Shown here piece by piece: positions 33,501-42,738 of a DNA stretch of 64,000 bases. Numbering within the stretch: the stretch's first letter is position 1; every line of letters begins with the position of its first letter. The DNA is from a virus, in the IMG/VR virus record IMGVR_UViG_3300017706_000970, positions 1 to 64,000 of that record. One strand, given 5' to 3'. The translations under genes and the position numbers were made by a program. The notes below the pieces were generated by a model. It saw nothing but the letters and a program-made list of their open reading frames with translations. It had not been told where the DNA came from and did no database searches.

Positions 33501-35206
33501 TATCAATTACTGCTACAAACCTTCGACCAAGTACAAAGGTTCACGCATTCTTCGATGGAGCGAATGTAGATGAACATTGCACCTTCTCAGTGGATGGTAC
33601 TACTTACAGGTTAACTGAAGCCGACTTGATTACAGATTCGACTGGTTCGATTGCATCAAGTGTTAATTTGACATTTACCATTCCATCCGGTCAATTCCGC
33701 GTTGGTGAGAAACTATTCCGACTCACAGATAGTGCAACTAATGTAGTTTCTGCCGCAACCACAAGTGCAGAAATGGTCTACCCAGTTGAAGGGTTAGTTG
33801 ATACGAGAGAAGATATTACAATCACAACTCGCAAACCAAATCTAATTCGAAAGAGTGTAAATGAAGAAAGAATCATAACTGATACGGACACGGATCTCTT
33901 CGTGAATGAAAGTTCACCAACCAATCCAGTATCACAGACATTCTTCGTATCACCATCAGAATATCCTAACGGTGTTTATGTTGATAAGGTAAGTATTTAC
34001 TTCAAGAGTAAATCAAACACACTACCAGTTACTCTTCAACTTCGACCAACTTCAAATGGATACCCTAGTTCTTCTATAGTGTACCCGTTTGCGGAAGTCG
34101 TTAAGAACGCATCCGAAGTAAACATCAGTGAAAGTCCAGATGTTGCAAGTGTTGGTTCTGCCACTACATTCACATTCTCTTCGCCAGTATATCTACTTCC
34201 CGGTGAACATGCTGTATCACTTAAGACAAACAGTGACGAATACTCCACATACATTGCCGTCATGGGCGACAATCAAATTGGAACTGAGATTCCCGTTACA
34301 GAACAACCAAACCTCGGATCACTTTTCCGATCTGAAAATGCTGGTAAATGGGAAGCAGATACAACTGCGGATCTCATGATGCAGGTAAGTAAGTGTAAGT
34401 TTACTTCCGGTGGTTTAAATGTTCTAACCCTAAAGGAAGAAAAGGGTTCTGGTGGATATACCGACGAAATCAAACTTGATACGGGCAACTTGAATGCCGA
34501 AGTTACAAACTGGCCTGAAAGTCGTTTCGATATTAAGATGAGATTTACACCAAACAATCCATCAAATGTCTCAGCAACGAGCACAGAATTTGCAGTAACG
34601 ACGAATGAATCATTCTCGTTCGATAGTTCTCGTAAGATTAATCTTAACGTATCTGACACAAACGAAACATTGATTCTAGATGCTACGATTTCTGGAACAG
34701 ATGATCATGTGTCCCCGGTATTTGATCTGGATCAAGTAAGTCTGATATCAGTTGAGAATATTATCGAAGGTGCCAAGGACTTAACGCCGGGTGGGGCCAA
34801 CAATAATGGCGAACTAGACCCAGAGGCAAAACCAGTTGCAAGTGGATCGGTGCCAAGATCTCGTTATGTTTCACGACAGGTAAACCTCGCAGACGGTTTC
34901 GAGTCTAAGAATATCAGAGTAATTTTGAACGAGTTCAAACCACAAAACACTGATATACAGGTGTTTGTGAAACAACAACCAGCGGGCGAAGATGCACCGT
35001 TCGAGAACGAACCATACGTTCAGTTGACTACATCGACAACAGGAACATTTGATGGATTCAGAGAAGTAGAGTATAATTTACCCGCAGACCTAACGGAAGC
35101 AATGGGTAAATTTGCAATCAAGGTTTGTATGTACGCCGACGGAGCTCCACTAAATACTGCGGTTGTTCCAAGAGTTAAAGACTTAAGGACGATTGCCCTC
35201 GCATGA
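27599..35206 (+). CDS. Large virion structural protein (VrlC / DUF4815-like)
   Basis: PYYDDFD..LFKPG..QARELTQLQ; APGADR; ARRTFDESGNY; KRFTMRDIG..EYY..RFKNG..VD; C-terminal DLRTIALA. Confidence 0.9.
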   Translation: MPSYDPELTSGDPYYDDFDKTKNYLKILFKPGFAVQARELTQLQTALQTQIERFGDHVFKNGTPVLGSGLTEKNVGYIRATGLSEANRALIAGDFLTGTGDKSNLRARVISTEAPLSTGVDTFPVVFLQYLSGGGTAGDSFGLGDQVYSETQSVNFAVKSTTGDYVASTGNGLACSIDTGVFYVDGFFVYVNPQTNVPFRLSTANQIESPSSGEDGTAAGASAGVRLYQFPTNRVGLQINKKIIDNIDDPTLVDPAKGSYNYSAPGADRYQVDPVFSSKVLNITTNTPSEFIDEDFVDVLRVVNGKITKRYNKTEYAELEKTLARRTFDESGNYTVKPFNATILNNLRIDKYQVDVTLSSAAATFGIGDNVTSNGVTAEVLNVLDRTNFIGSTAQRLIVDMDSGRFASGISMTNNESPDPATGTVNAISFLPDSTGIFSAEQGGTASKLAVSINSGKAYVFGYEFETQSKTNISSDRARTDESLIGANLNANLGNFIVAETDALPVNDVAIKYSGNRFDSYPFDSGVSILGTDGPFEYNNLPKVDLKGKFIQVNIPYRANEAGTATIRYWAPLFATEHDGSFDSALVIDNFASATMESSDTSLIVGSESSAYYLPTSIDSQGGYVSSGANSPGASADRFLQKITFRQNYRSGVNYSTGRGIAPSLNEYASFKGQIGTPGATCSFVRQVFMGNIDGDIGSGNGPNAYVRAGGVARRWVPAESVTFRSGSSMILQSAGTGGFEKSGGVIQQGWAGISGTIQDCSPVSYGSSINSIINKNIYALPVADAYVTGQNGYNSASNFAVGDVVRQFQYGATGSPAAGGFTLGASGGGYAYTDPTSLSEAIAEVVGWVLTVNGPILYAEQVSGVTFAASCGFSNLSYPGVLPGIAFGNTCDGCPGAGCTVGFNGLIDLVSTSAPSSGATVDYTFKYGLRSGFTADMTVQEVRFESDDPGIVGDGYLNVLQDEGKVDADFNAGSAAVDNQTATGLIDAGIVSTSYKHGQIVVQFTYNDWDVSRIDYNDYKGDPNIINKGNVISWDNSQNKLLLEICTGFQGFQRDLGYIYGIRDTSCDMAFVGYGGNGINSNSDVSENFSNIVDVAGPYNITTANFNGFGSYTEGETGTQLLQSKSNFVPGRFYSVGEKVAQNVPGSQPTKYATGTVVNFTARNSGNSADVQDTTLLIELDSTNGASFEVGANAKPILEGTLSSASGVTGFVPSPTGKVTTVQNSYGLNGAYFNGFLGTAGSSMDQYTTTQVPVTIGTARIRQIQEQSNDAQQVSLFDVNMGNKRSGVKFFLNEMNAAFYGFAKQTNRAGLVQSAGGKLFDVHPTYIGKVFNPDQNKLVFPVPVGDVVKTINSLDYRVIKSFPITFDNPSDLSAEASSGNSNIRFVGGGVSGGIVDGTDLNNYIMVDNNGKIMDLFSDAFTLRTNNTDFGDLGKLTVTKNIGGGTGTYPDTTKFDLIAMLDVNPGESITTSPIRFKKLKEVSTTLATGDIKTSATGLKYFELSNNDIYSFVSAFDEGISATADVFNLFSLDNGQRDNLYQNGRLYISNNGLESAGTVADVKDKKANLAGPISVVYRYFEHSGIGPFVSESYINDSPASGEIKFTFDDIPEYTSPDSGEVINLNKIIDFRPTFDGINFNAVFLPASGQSFNISYSYFLPRIDKLVLTRDKEFKVIQGVPALEPTTPDKVVDAMELYKFYIPAYTYKSTDVISKFIENKRFTMRDIGSLERRIQQIEYYSTLSLLERQTEALFVKDENGNDRFKNGIIVDQFSGHNIGDVKNKDYNVAMDFENQELRSPFTSRSVDFDVKTLNSLHKTSDNLVMLPFTSESLNTQPLSTSTVNLNPFTVTNWLGRAKLTPPSDNWYDDTKNPDVLVNIEGENDAWKALGSNAFGTQWNDWKTNWVGSESMSDTILNKNAKGISRTTDVTSSRQLRTGIETRVVPERIVKEIGSKFVDLSVVPFVRSKSVSITATNLRPSTKVHAFFDGANVDEHCTFSVDGTTYRLTEADLITDSTGSIASSVNLTFTIPSGQFRVGEKLFRLTDSATNVVSAATTSAEMVYPVEGLVDTREDITITTRKPNLIRKSVNEERIITDTDTDLFVNESSPTNPVSQTFFVSPSEYPNGVYVDKVSIYFKSKSNTLPVTLQLRPTSNGYPSSSIVYPFAEVVKNASEVNISESPDVASVGSATTFTFSSPVYLLPGEHAVSLKTNSDEYSTYIAVMGDNQIGTEIPVTEQPNLGSLFRSENAGKWEADTTADLMMQVSKCKFTSGGLNVLTLKEEKGSGGYTDEIKLDTGNLNAEVTNWPESRFDIKMRFTPNNPSNVSATSTEFAVTTNESFSFDSSRKINLNVSDTNETLILDATISGTDDHVSPVFDLDQVSLISVENIIEGAKDLTPGGANNNGELDPEAKPVASGSVPRSRYVSRQVNLADGFESKNIRVILNEFKPQNTDIQVFVKQQPAGEDAPFENEPYVQLTTSTTGTFDGFREVEYNLPADLTEAMGKFAIKVCMYADGAPLNTAVVPRVKDLRTIALA

Positions 35207-35427
35207 GTTCAGGATTCCTAAATATCGAAGGTAGAAAAGATTTGGTCAGAGATCTAAAGTCTGGCGCAGTTCTTTCTCAAAATAAAGAAGCGCTTCTTGC
35301 TTATAAGCAAAAAGGTGAAGATAAAGATCAGATTAGAAAACTACAAGAGCAACAAAATTCTTTGCAACATGAAATGAGTGAAATCAAATCCATGTTACAA
35401 ACATTACTGACTAGAGGAAATAATTAA
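35203..35427 (+). CDS. Small coiled-coil protein typical downstream of VrlC-like genes
   Basis: IEGRKDLVRD..SGAV..EIKSML. Confidence 0.8.
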   Translation: MSSGFLNIEGRKDLVRDLKSGAVLSQNKEALLAYKQKGEDKDQIRKLQEQQNSLQHEMSEIKSMLQTLLTRGNN

Positions 35428-37991
35428 TGCCCGGATACACACTATCTAACTTGGGGATCACCGAAACCTTTTATGGTTGGTTCACAAAGACTAACGATAT
35501 TATTGCACAACTAAACTCGGTCTCTGGACAGGGTGTTTCAGCTGCTGGTCTTTCTGGTGATAATTTAATTATTACATTAATTGACGGTAGTACGTTTGAT
35601 GCTGGATCCGCAGTCGGTCCTACTGGAGATGCTGTTGCTGGTGCTGCCATAACAAATGGCGAACTGATCTTTACTCTGGATAGTGGAATCGTTATCAATG
35701 TGGGTAATGTTGTGGGTCCAACGGGAACAACCGGACCGATAGGTCCAGCAGGATCAACTGGTCATACAGGTGCTTCAGGTCCAGCGGGTGAGGGAGTCCC
35801 GACCGGCGGAAATGTTGGTTATGCACTGGTCAAAGCCTCAAACACTGATCGAGATACAGAATGGTCTGACATTACCAGTCTTTCTAGATCACATCCCGGT
35901 CAAATTGGTGGGTTCGAAGCAGGAACCGGAGACTTAATTTTTGGTATTGGTATTTCTCAAGATAGTCTCGCTAGAGATTTATATCCTCGTTGGTCAACTA
36001 ACTATTATCTCTCAGAGGTTCACACAGGGCCCGGCGTCTCTCAAGAGGGTGCCAAGGGATTATACTCAGTTGCCCTACAGATGGATGGATATACACAGGG
36101 TTATGACGACGGGTTAACATCTGGTATAAAAGTACTAAACTTCTTAGAATCTACAAGACCATTTGAATCTAATTACTTCACTCGTGGTTCTTGTACTGGA
36201 GAAACATTAGACGGACCTCCCGGATTCTACTGGAACCGTATGAAGTATTTCCCAACAACAAAACTTCAACCAATCTATGTTGCTAATTATTGTACAGTAG
36301 ATAAGTATCTCATGTATATTTCTGGTTACACTGGAGGAGCAACCGCAACTGCGGGTAACCTTTCGAAGAGAAGGGGAACCTACGGTTGGTTTGGTATGAT
36401 TCCAATGCAAAGTTTTCCAGTGGGAACTCCATCTAGTGAATCTACAAACTTTGATGGATTCGTTAATGGATCAACCTGTGCATACTTATTCAGACCACAG
36501 GGAGCTGCATTAAACTCAGGCGGAGTTGGTATCTCGGTTACCGATTCGAATTTTGATGTTGATGGTATTTCATATGGATCATGGACTGGTGATTATGTTA
36601 GAGAGGTAACTCCGGGTAGAACTGGACCAGTTGCACTTTACCCTGAGTCAAATGGTGAATTGGGATTAGGATCAGGATTTACTCTATCTCCCGGTTGGTA
36701 TTATCTTGCTAGTGAAATTATTCCTGCTGCTTGGTTTAGTGTTGGTTCAGAGATAGATCCACTGAAAGACGGTGGTGTAACCGATCAGGGATTATTGGGT
36801 GATGATATTATTATCACCCATACTAATGCTAGTACCAGTCAAGGTTCTTCTGATATGTTTGGACTGAATGGATTTGAACTAGCCCCCGAGGGAGAAAGCA
36901 CTGGGGTTGGAGCTCCGTTTACACCTTCTGCTTATCTAGGAATTGCATCACTTACGCAAGACATGGAAACTATTCCAACTGGTCTTCCCCCGTACCTATG
37001 GTATACACAGGGACTTTCTGGTGCTTCAGCAGAAGGTAGATTTGGATCTAGTGGTTCTGATCTTTTCTTTGTTGGTCACAAGGGACTTCATCCGTTAGAT
37101 ACGTCAGTTGACACCGATGGTGCAATCACAGTTAGAGCTCAGAATGCTGAACAGGCATCTGCTCCAAGAATTGCAATTTCTATTGCTAGTTCTTCTTCAC
37201 AATTAGATTCGTTACGACCATTGGTCAATCCACAAGCAGAACAACAAGAAGCAGAAAAATGCATTGCTTTCTGGGATGGTCATGTAAACCCACTAACAAA
37301 CCCCGGAAACGCCGGTGGTGCGGGTGATCCGGGTTATAGTGGAGATTGGACTGGTGGACTAGACGGAATTGCGTGGACATACGCATTGTTCGGTCAAACA
37401 TACAGTGATGGAGTTAGTGCGGGGTGGACATTCGAAAGTGTAAGATGCCCAGACGGAACTTGTCCAGAGTTCCTCCGACCTCCTGCTCACGGAGGTACAT
37501 ACGGTGTTGTCGGAGGTGACAGAACCGGACTACCCGGTAGTTACAGTTCGTTCGACTTAAACCCTCAAGGACTGACTACTGCTGGTATTACAGGTAGCAC
37601 CGCTGAAGGATTTATTCGAATTACCGGAACAGGTGGAGATATATTCTACTATGGATTTGGTTTAAATGTTGCTGCTAGAGGACATGGTGTATCGGGCGCT
37701 ACCGCAGCAGGATGTACTGGTGCTATTACGGATCCGGCCGAAGGCGGTGGTTTTAATGTGATCTATAGATTCCCGATCGGCGATACCATCTCGATTCCGG
37801 GCAACAACTCTCTACCGGTAGATGGTTTAGGTATTGACGCGAGCATTTCACTCTTTGTGAATGCACAAGAAGATATTCACAAGAAATGGTTCGGTACTGT
37901 TTCCGGATCAGAGAAGAACCACTTGGTTCACTTCACGGGAACATTTGGTTGTTCTGGTGATGGTGGATATCCAGTTTATACAGGACCATAA
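35427..37991 (+). CDS. Fibre protein with short collagen-like repeat
   Basis: N-terminal ETFYGWFTKTN attachment-like motif; GPTGTTGPIGPAGSTGHTGASGPAG; GVPTGG..LVKAS..W; Gly-rich C-terminal region. Confidence 0.8.
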   Translation: MPGYTLSNLGITETFYGWFTKTNDIIAQLNSVSGQGVSAAGLSGDNLIITLIDGSTFDAGSAVGPTGDAVAGAAITNGELIFTLDSGIVINVGNVVGPTGTTGPIGPAGSTGHTGASGPAGEGVPTGGNVGYALVKASNTDRDTEWSDITSLSRSHPGQIGGFEAGTGDLIFGIGISQDSLARDLYPRWSTNYYLSEVHTGPGVSQEGAKGLYSVALQMDGYTQGYDDGLTSGIKVLNFLESTRPFESNYFTRGSCTGETLDGPPGFYWNRMKYFPTTKLQPIYVANYCTVDKYLMYISGYTGGATATAGNLSKRRGTYGWFGMIPMQSFPVGTPSSESTNFDGFVNGSTCAYLFRPQGAALNSGGVGISVTDSNFDVDGISYGSWTGDYVREVTPGRTGPVALYPESNGELGLGSGFTLSPGWYYLASEIIPAAWFSVGSEIDPLKDGGVTDQGLLGDDIIITHTNASTSQGSSDMFGLNGFELAPEGESTGVGAPFTPSAYLGIASLTQDMETIPTGLPPYLWYTQGLSGASAEGRFGSSGSDLFFVGHKGLHPLDTSVDTDGAITVRAQNAEQASAPRIAISIASSSSQLDSLRPLVNPQAEQQEAEKCIAFWDGHVNPLTNPGNAGGAGDPGYSGDWTGGLDGIAWTYALFGQTYSDGVSAGWTFESVRCPDGTCPEFLRPPAHGGTYGVVGGDRTGLPGSYSSFDLNPQGLTTAGITGSTAEGFIRITGTGGDIFYYGFGLNVAARGHGVSGATAAGCTGAITDPAEGGGFNVIYRFPIGDTISIPGNNSLPVDGLGIDASISLFVNAQEDIHKKWFGTVSGSEKNHLVHFTGTFGCSGDGGYPVYTGP

Positions 37992-37994
37992 TCT

Positions 37995-38276
37995 ATGCCG
38001 GGAGTCGCAAGAATAGGAGATGGTACAAATTCAGAAGCAAAGGTCGGTCCAAAACCCGGATCTACTAATGTCTTTGTAAACAGTCGATCAATTGCAACTG
38101 AAGGTAATTCTTTTCTAACTCCGCACCAGCATGGACAGAGTACAATTACTTCTACTTTTGTTGGAACAGGAAATCAGAAAGTTCTTGCGAATGGAAGTCC
38201 TATACTGAAACAAGGAAGTCAAGCTTTGTGTGGTCATAGTATCATAGAATCTTCCCCCAATGTTCAAACGGGTTAG
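37995..38276 (+). CDS. PAAR-like spike tip protein
   Basis: MPGVARIGD..GSTNVFVN..H..CGH..SPNV. Confidence 0.85.
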   Translation: MPGVARIGDGTNSEAKVGPKPGSTNVFVNSRSIATEGNSFLTPHQHGQSTITSTFVGTGNQKVLANGSPILKQGSQALCGHSIIESSPNVQTG

Positions 38277-38312
38277 TCTTTCGTTTATACATAGTATAAC
38301 GGAGGTGTATAG

Positions 38313-39062
38313 ATGAGCGTAACATCAAGAGAAGAACTCAAAGAATACTGCTTGCGAAAGTTAGGTTTTCCTGTCGTTGAAATTAACGTGGATGATCAAC
38401 AAGTAGAAGATCGAATTGATGATGCTATCGAACACTTCACGGAGTATCACTTCGACGGAGTAGAAACTCGATACCTAAAACACCAAATTGTTGCAGATGA
38501 TGTAACCAATGGATATCTGGATATGAATCTGGTAGATCCAAGTGTGGTTTCCGTTGTTCGTGCTTTTCAATTTGGAAGTGGAGCCGCAGGTAACTTCATG
38601 GGTGTCAAATACCAAATGGCATTCAATGACTTCTACGGTCTTCGTAACGGCGGTACACTTCAGTATTATGATCAGGTAATGAGACACATGCAAATGATCT
38701 CAGACTATCTCACACCAGAAAAGAAAATTCGTTTCAACCGAGTAACTAATAAGTTATTCCTTGATATGGACTGGTCAGAAGAAGTTTCGGTAGGAGATTA
38801 TCTGATGTTTGAGTGTTATGTTGCCGTTGATGGTGAGTCATACAAAGAACTATATAATGATCGTTTCCTTAAAGAGTATGCCTCGGCCCTCATTAAAAGA
38901 CAGTGGGGTTCGAACCTCTCGAAGTTTGAGGGAATGCAGTTACCCGGTGGTGTACAGTTCAACGGACAACAAATGTTTCAGGATGCACAAGAAGAAATTA
39001 GAAGGCTAGAAGACGAGATGTCTCTCAAGTATGAACTTCCACCAGACTTTATGACGGGATGA
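38313..39062 (+). CDS. gp13: Neck protein
   Basis: LKEYCLRKLGFPVVEINV..YHFDG..KRQWGSNLSKF..LPGGV. Confidence 0.95.
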   Translation: MSVTSREELKEYCLRKLGFPVVEINVDDQQVEDRIDDAIEHFTEYHFDGVETRYLKHQIVADDVTNGYLDMNLVDPSVVSVVRAFQFGSGAAGNFMGVKYQMAFNDFYGLRNGGTLQYYDQVMRHMQMISDYLTPEKKIRFNRVTNKLFLDMDWSEEVSVGDYLMFECYVAVDGESYKELYNDRFLKEYASALIKRQWGSNLSKFEGMQLPGGVQFNGQQMFQDAQEEIRRLEDEMSLKYELPPDFMTG

Positions 39063-39065
39063 TAA

Positions 39066-39719
39066 ATGGGAACTAATCCGTTCTTCAACAAAAAACCACA
39101 CACTTCTTCAAGTGTTCTAGAAGATCTCACCGTCGAAACCATTCGAATGTATGGTCGAGATATGGTCTACCTTCCACGAACACTCGTTCGAGAAGACACT
39201 ATCTTCGGTGAAGACAATGCCTCTATCTTCTCAGATGGTATGCAAATGGAAATGTACATTGATTCGATTGATGGGTTTGGTGGTGGAGATCAGATTACAC
39301 AGTTCGGTTTTGAAATTCAAGACACCGTAGATCTTGTAGTTGCAAAGAGAGTTTTCCGCGATAACTTTGTTGGTTCTGGTTCTACGCAGATTCACCCGCA
39401 AGAAGGTGATTTAATTTACTTTCCGATGTCTCGTTATATCTTTGAGATTAAATTTGTAGAACATGAAAATCCTTTTTACCAGTTAGGTAAACTCTACACA
39501 TATAGATTATCCTGCGAACTCTTCCGTTACTCACACGAGAAACTGGATACAGGTTGGTCTGCGATCGATGGTCTAGAAGATGCGATCGATGGTGTCACTG
39601 GTGCCTCTGGAGATATTATTCCACAGGACGGATATGGTACGAACTCCGACATTAAGACTGATGGTGATTCAATTCTCGACTTCTCAGAGAATGATCCATT
39701 CTCGGAGGGTAACTACTGA
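39066..39719 (+). CDS. gp14: Neck protein
   Basis: YLPR..EGDLIYFP..FEIKFVEHENPFYQLGK..DFSENDPF. Confidence 0.95.
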   Translation: MGTNPFFNKKPHTSSSVLEDLTVETIRMYGRDMVYLPRTLVREDTIFGEDNASIFSDGMQMEMYIDSIDGFGGGDQITQFGFEIQDTVDLVVAKRVFRDNFVGSGSTQIHPQEGDLIYFPMSRYIFEIKFVEHENPFYQLGKLYTYRLSCELFRYSHEKLDTGWSAIDGLEDAIDGVTGASGDIIPQDGYGTNSDIKTDGDSILDFSENDPFSEGNY

Positions 39720-40624
39720 TGTTTCAATCACACTTCTATCATGAGACAATAAGAAACACTGTTGTAGCTTTCGGTACTTTATTTGATGATATTAAAATAC
39801 AAAAGTTAAATGCGGATGGTACTGAACGAGTAAGTATTCAGGTTCCTCTTGCTTATGCTGCAAGAGAAAAGTACATTGAACGGTTAAAACAAGACAACCG
39901 ATTAAACGATGACGAATACCCAAACGCACATGTCCAGATGACGCTGCCTAGAATGTCTTTCAATATGACATCTCTGAATTATGATGCAAGTCGAAAGAGA
40001 AATACAATTCACCGCCGTCGTGTCAAGGATGTTGAAGGTACACAAGGACAATTATCATATCAGTACGCCGAAGTGCCATATAATATGGGTTTTGAACTTG
40101 GTATCTATGCGTCTACATTTGAAGATGGATTACAGATTGTAGAACAGATTGTTCCATACTTCACTCCAGAATTTAACGTAACCTTTCAAAAGGCTGGTGG
40201 AACTTCTGATATTAACAGCAAGATCGATTTGCCTATTGTGTTGGATAGTGTAAACTTAGACTATGACTTCCTTGGTGATATGGAAACAAGAAGATTACTA
40301 AACTGGACACTCTCCTTTAATGTAAGAAGTTATTTGTATGGTCCGACTAGAAGAGACAAGACAATCATATACACAAAGTCCACTTTGTTTGATCTCGGAG
40401 ACGGATTAACTTCTGGTCAAGTTGCAGGACTCTGTGGAGCAACGGGAGCAGTGGCTAGAATTGATATTGGAATATCGGGCGGTACTGGAATCTTTATCGA
40501 TGGTTCTCAGACAGATCCATCTGCTATACCACCTTATACATTTACACAAACTGAATATCAATTCAACAATCCATCTGGATCTGGAACTGGTGATGTGATT
40601 GATGGAGGAGGAGAAACTGTATGA
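39719..40624 (+). CDS. gp15: Tail sheath stabiliser / terminator
   Basis: FYHETIR..FGTLF..VPLAY..LPRMSF..QIVEQIVPYFTP. Confidence 0.95.
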   Translation: MFQSHFYHETIRNTVVAFGTLFDDIKIQKLNADGTERVSIQVPLAYAAREKYIERLKQDNRLNDDEYPNAHVQMTLPRMSFNMTSLNYDASRKRNTIHRRRVKDVEGTQGQLSYQYAEVPYNMGFELGIYASTFEDGLQIVEQIVPYFTPEFNVTFQKAGGTSDINSKIDLPIVLDSVNLDYDFLGDMETRRLLNWTLSFNVRSYLYGPTRRDKTIIYTKSTLFDLGDGLTSGQVAGLCGATGAVARIDIGISGGTGIFIDGSQTDPSAIPPYTFTQTEYQFNNPSGSGTGDVIDGGGETV

Positions 40625-41070
40625 GTGAAGATCGTGTAGATAAAAATCTCAATGAGGTATTTGAGATAGAACCCGTGGTAGTTGATGCTGAAATTATCGA
40701 ACCAGAAAAACCAAAACAAGTCGGTGATCAAAAGGCAGAGAGAGATTTTCACGAAGTTCGTGGGTCTCTCAAAGATATCATAGATCGAGGCAGTGAAGCC
40801 ATTGATGGTATTCTTCAGGTTGCCTCCGAAACGGAAAGTCCGAGAGCATATGAAGTCGCAGCTCAGATGATTAAAACCGTCGCAGATGCGAACAAAGATC
40901 TCTTAGAGATTCACAAGAAACTCAAGGACATCAATAAAGAAACAACAACAGTCAACAACACCACAAATAATTCTCTATTCGTTGGTTCAACTAAAGAACT
41001 TCAAATGTTCTTGAAAGAACAAAAAGAAAATATGATGCTGGAGGAGAAAGATGCCGAGGTCGGAGACTGA
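40621..41070 (+). CDS. gp16: Terminase small subunit
   Basis: SPRAYEVA..TNNSLFVGSTKELQ. Confidence 0.93.
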   Translation: MSEDRVDKNLNEVFEIEPVVVDAEIIEPEKPKQVGDQKAERDFHEVRGSLKDIIDRGSEAIDGILQVASETESPRAYEVAAQMIKTVADANKDLLEIHKKLKDINKETTTVNNTTNNSLFVGSTKELQMFLKEQKENMMLEEKDAEVGD

Positions 41071-42679
41071 TCATTACTTAGGCAACCCATTATTAAAGGC
41101 TGCCGGAGTAGAACAACAATTTACACAAGAAGAGATCAAAGAATACATCAAGTGTTCTCAAGATCCTATTTTCTTTATCAAGAACTACATTCAGATTGTA
41201 TCACTTGATAAGGGTCTTGTTCCATTTACTCTATGGGACTTTCAAGAAGAAGTTGTAGAGACCGTTCACAACAATCGTTTTGTCATTTGCAAGTTCCCGC
41301 GTCAGACGGGAAAGAGTACGACAATGATCGCATACATCTTGCACTATGTTTTATTCAATGACAATATGAATGTAGCAATTCTTGCTAACAAACTTGCAAC
41401 TGCACGAGAGTTGTTGTCTCGATTGCAACTGGCATATGAAAATTTGCCGAAGTGGTTACAACAGGGCGTGATATCATGGAACAAGGGATCGATCGAACTA
41501 GAAAACGGATCCAGAATTATCGCTTCTGCTACCTCGTCCAGTGCAGTTCGTGGTGGATCTTTCAACATGATTTTCCTTGACGAATTTGCTTATGTTCCAC
41601 ATGAAGTAGCTGACGAGTTCTTCAGTTCAGTCTACCCCACCATTTCATCTGGTAAGGATACTAAAATTCTAATCGTCTCCACTCCAAGGGGTATGAATCT
41701 GTTTCACAAATACTGGGTGGGTGCAAACAAAAAAGAAGGCGAACCGGGCAAAAATACATACGTTCCTATCGAGGTGCATTGGTCACAGGTGCCGGGTAGG
41801 GATGAGAAGTGGAAGAAGGAAACAATTGCCAACTCGTCAGAAGAACAATTCCGTACAGAATTTGAATGTGAGTTCTTGGGTTCAGTAAACACTTTAATCT
41901 CTCCTGCTAAATTAAAATGTATGACATATGAGTCTCCAATCATGAAAAGAGAAGAGGGTCTAAAGGTATACAAAAAACCGGAAAAGGATCGACAGTACTT
42001 TATCACTGTGGACACCTCCAGAGGTCTAGGGCAGGACTACCATGCATTTGTTGTGTTCGATACTACTGAGAGTCCATATCAGATCGTAGCTACGTTTAGA
42101 AATAACGAAATGGCTCCGATGGTTTATCCAAATGTGATATACCAGACCGCTAAAGAATACAACGAAGCACAAGTTTTATGTGAGTTAAATGATATCGGCG
42201 GACAGGTTGCGGACATTCTTCGTAACGATCTTGAATACGAGAATATGTTGTCTACTTCTATGAAGGGTAGATCGGGTCAGGTTCTCGGTGAAGGATTTGG
42301 TCAGCAAGTAACTTACGGTATGAAAATGACTCAACCAGTGAAAAAAATTGGTTGTTCTACTCTAAAGAGTTTCATTGAAACCGATAAGATGATAATTAAC
42401 GATTATAATATATTGGAAGAGTTAATCAACTTCGTTTCAGTTCGTACTAGTTACGAAGCAGACGCTGGTCATCATGATGACTTAGTTATGTGCCTCGTCA
42501 TATTTGCGTGGATGACTACTCAGAAGTATTTTCAAGAGTATTTTGATGTTGATCTTAGAAAACAATTATACGAAACTGAAATGAAAACTATCGAAGAGGA
42601 TATGATGCCTTTTGGGTTTATTCAGGATGGATTAGAAGATCAAGGAGAGATCGATGCAGAGGGTGATAGGTGGTTTTGA
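41051..42679 (+). CDS. gp17: Terminase large subunit
   Basis: YLGNPLLK, PRQTGKST, IFLDEFA, VSTPRG, HDDLVM. Confidence 0.98.
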   Translation: MPRSETDHYLGNPLLKAAGVEQQFTQEEIKEYIKCSQDPIFFIKNYIQIVSLDKGLVPFTLWDFQEEVVETVHNNRFVICKFPRQTGKSTTMIAYILHYVLFNDNMNVAILANKLATARELLSRLQLAYENLPKWLQQGVISWNKGSIELENGSRIIASATSSSAVRGGSFNMIFLDEFAYVPHEVADEFFSSVYPTISSGKDTKILIVSTPRGMNLFHKYWVGANKKEGEPGKNTYVPIEVHWSQVPGRDEKWKKETIANSSEEQFRTEFECEFLGSVNTLISPAKLKCMTYESPIMKREEGLKVYKKPEKDRQYFITVDTSRGLGQDYHAFVVFDTTESPYQIVATFRNNEMAPMVYPNVIYQTAKEYNEAQVLCELNDIGGQVADILRNDLEYENMLSTSMKGRSGQVLGEGFGQQVTYGMKMTQPVKKIGCSTLKSFIETDKMIINDYNILEELINFVSVRTSYEADAGHHDDLVMCLVIFAWMTTQKYFQEYFDVDLRKQLYETEMKTIEEDMMPFGFIQDGLEDQGEIDAEGDRWF

Positions 42680-42684
42680 AAAAC

Positions 42685-42699
42685 TGATTTTACTAAATA
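42685..42699 (+). promoter_or_regulatory. Late promoter candidate for gp18
   Basis: TGATTTTACTAAATA; the identical 15-mer occurs at 50805-50819. Confidence 0.65.
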
Positions 42700-42738
42700 T
42701 CATGACTATATTGAGATATTCTCACAAAGGAGAGCACA

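Noticed and set aside
39560-39594. Direct repeat TGCGATCGATGGT in gp14
   Set aside because: Only two copies, encoding AIDG twice; not a CRISPR or diversity-generating repeat.
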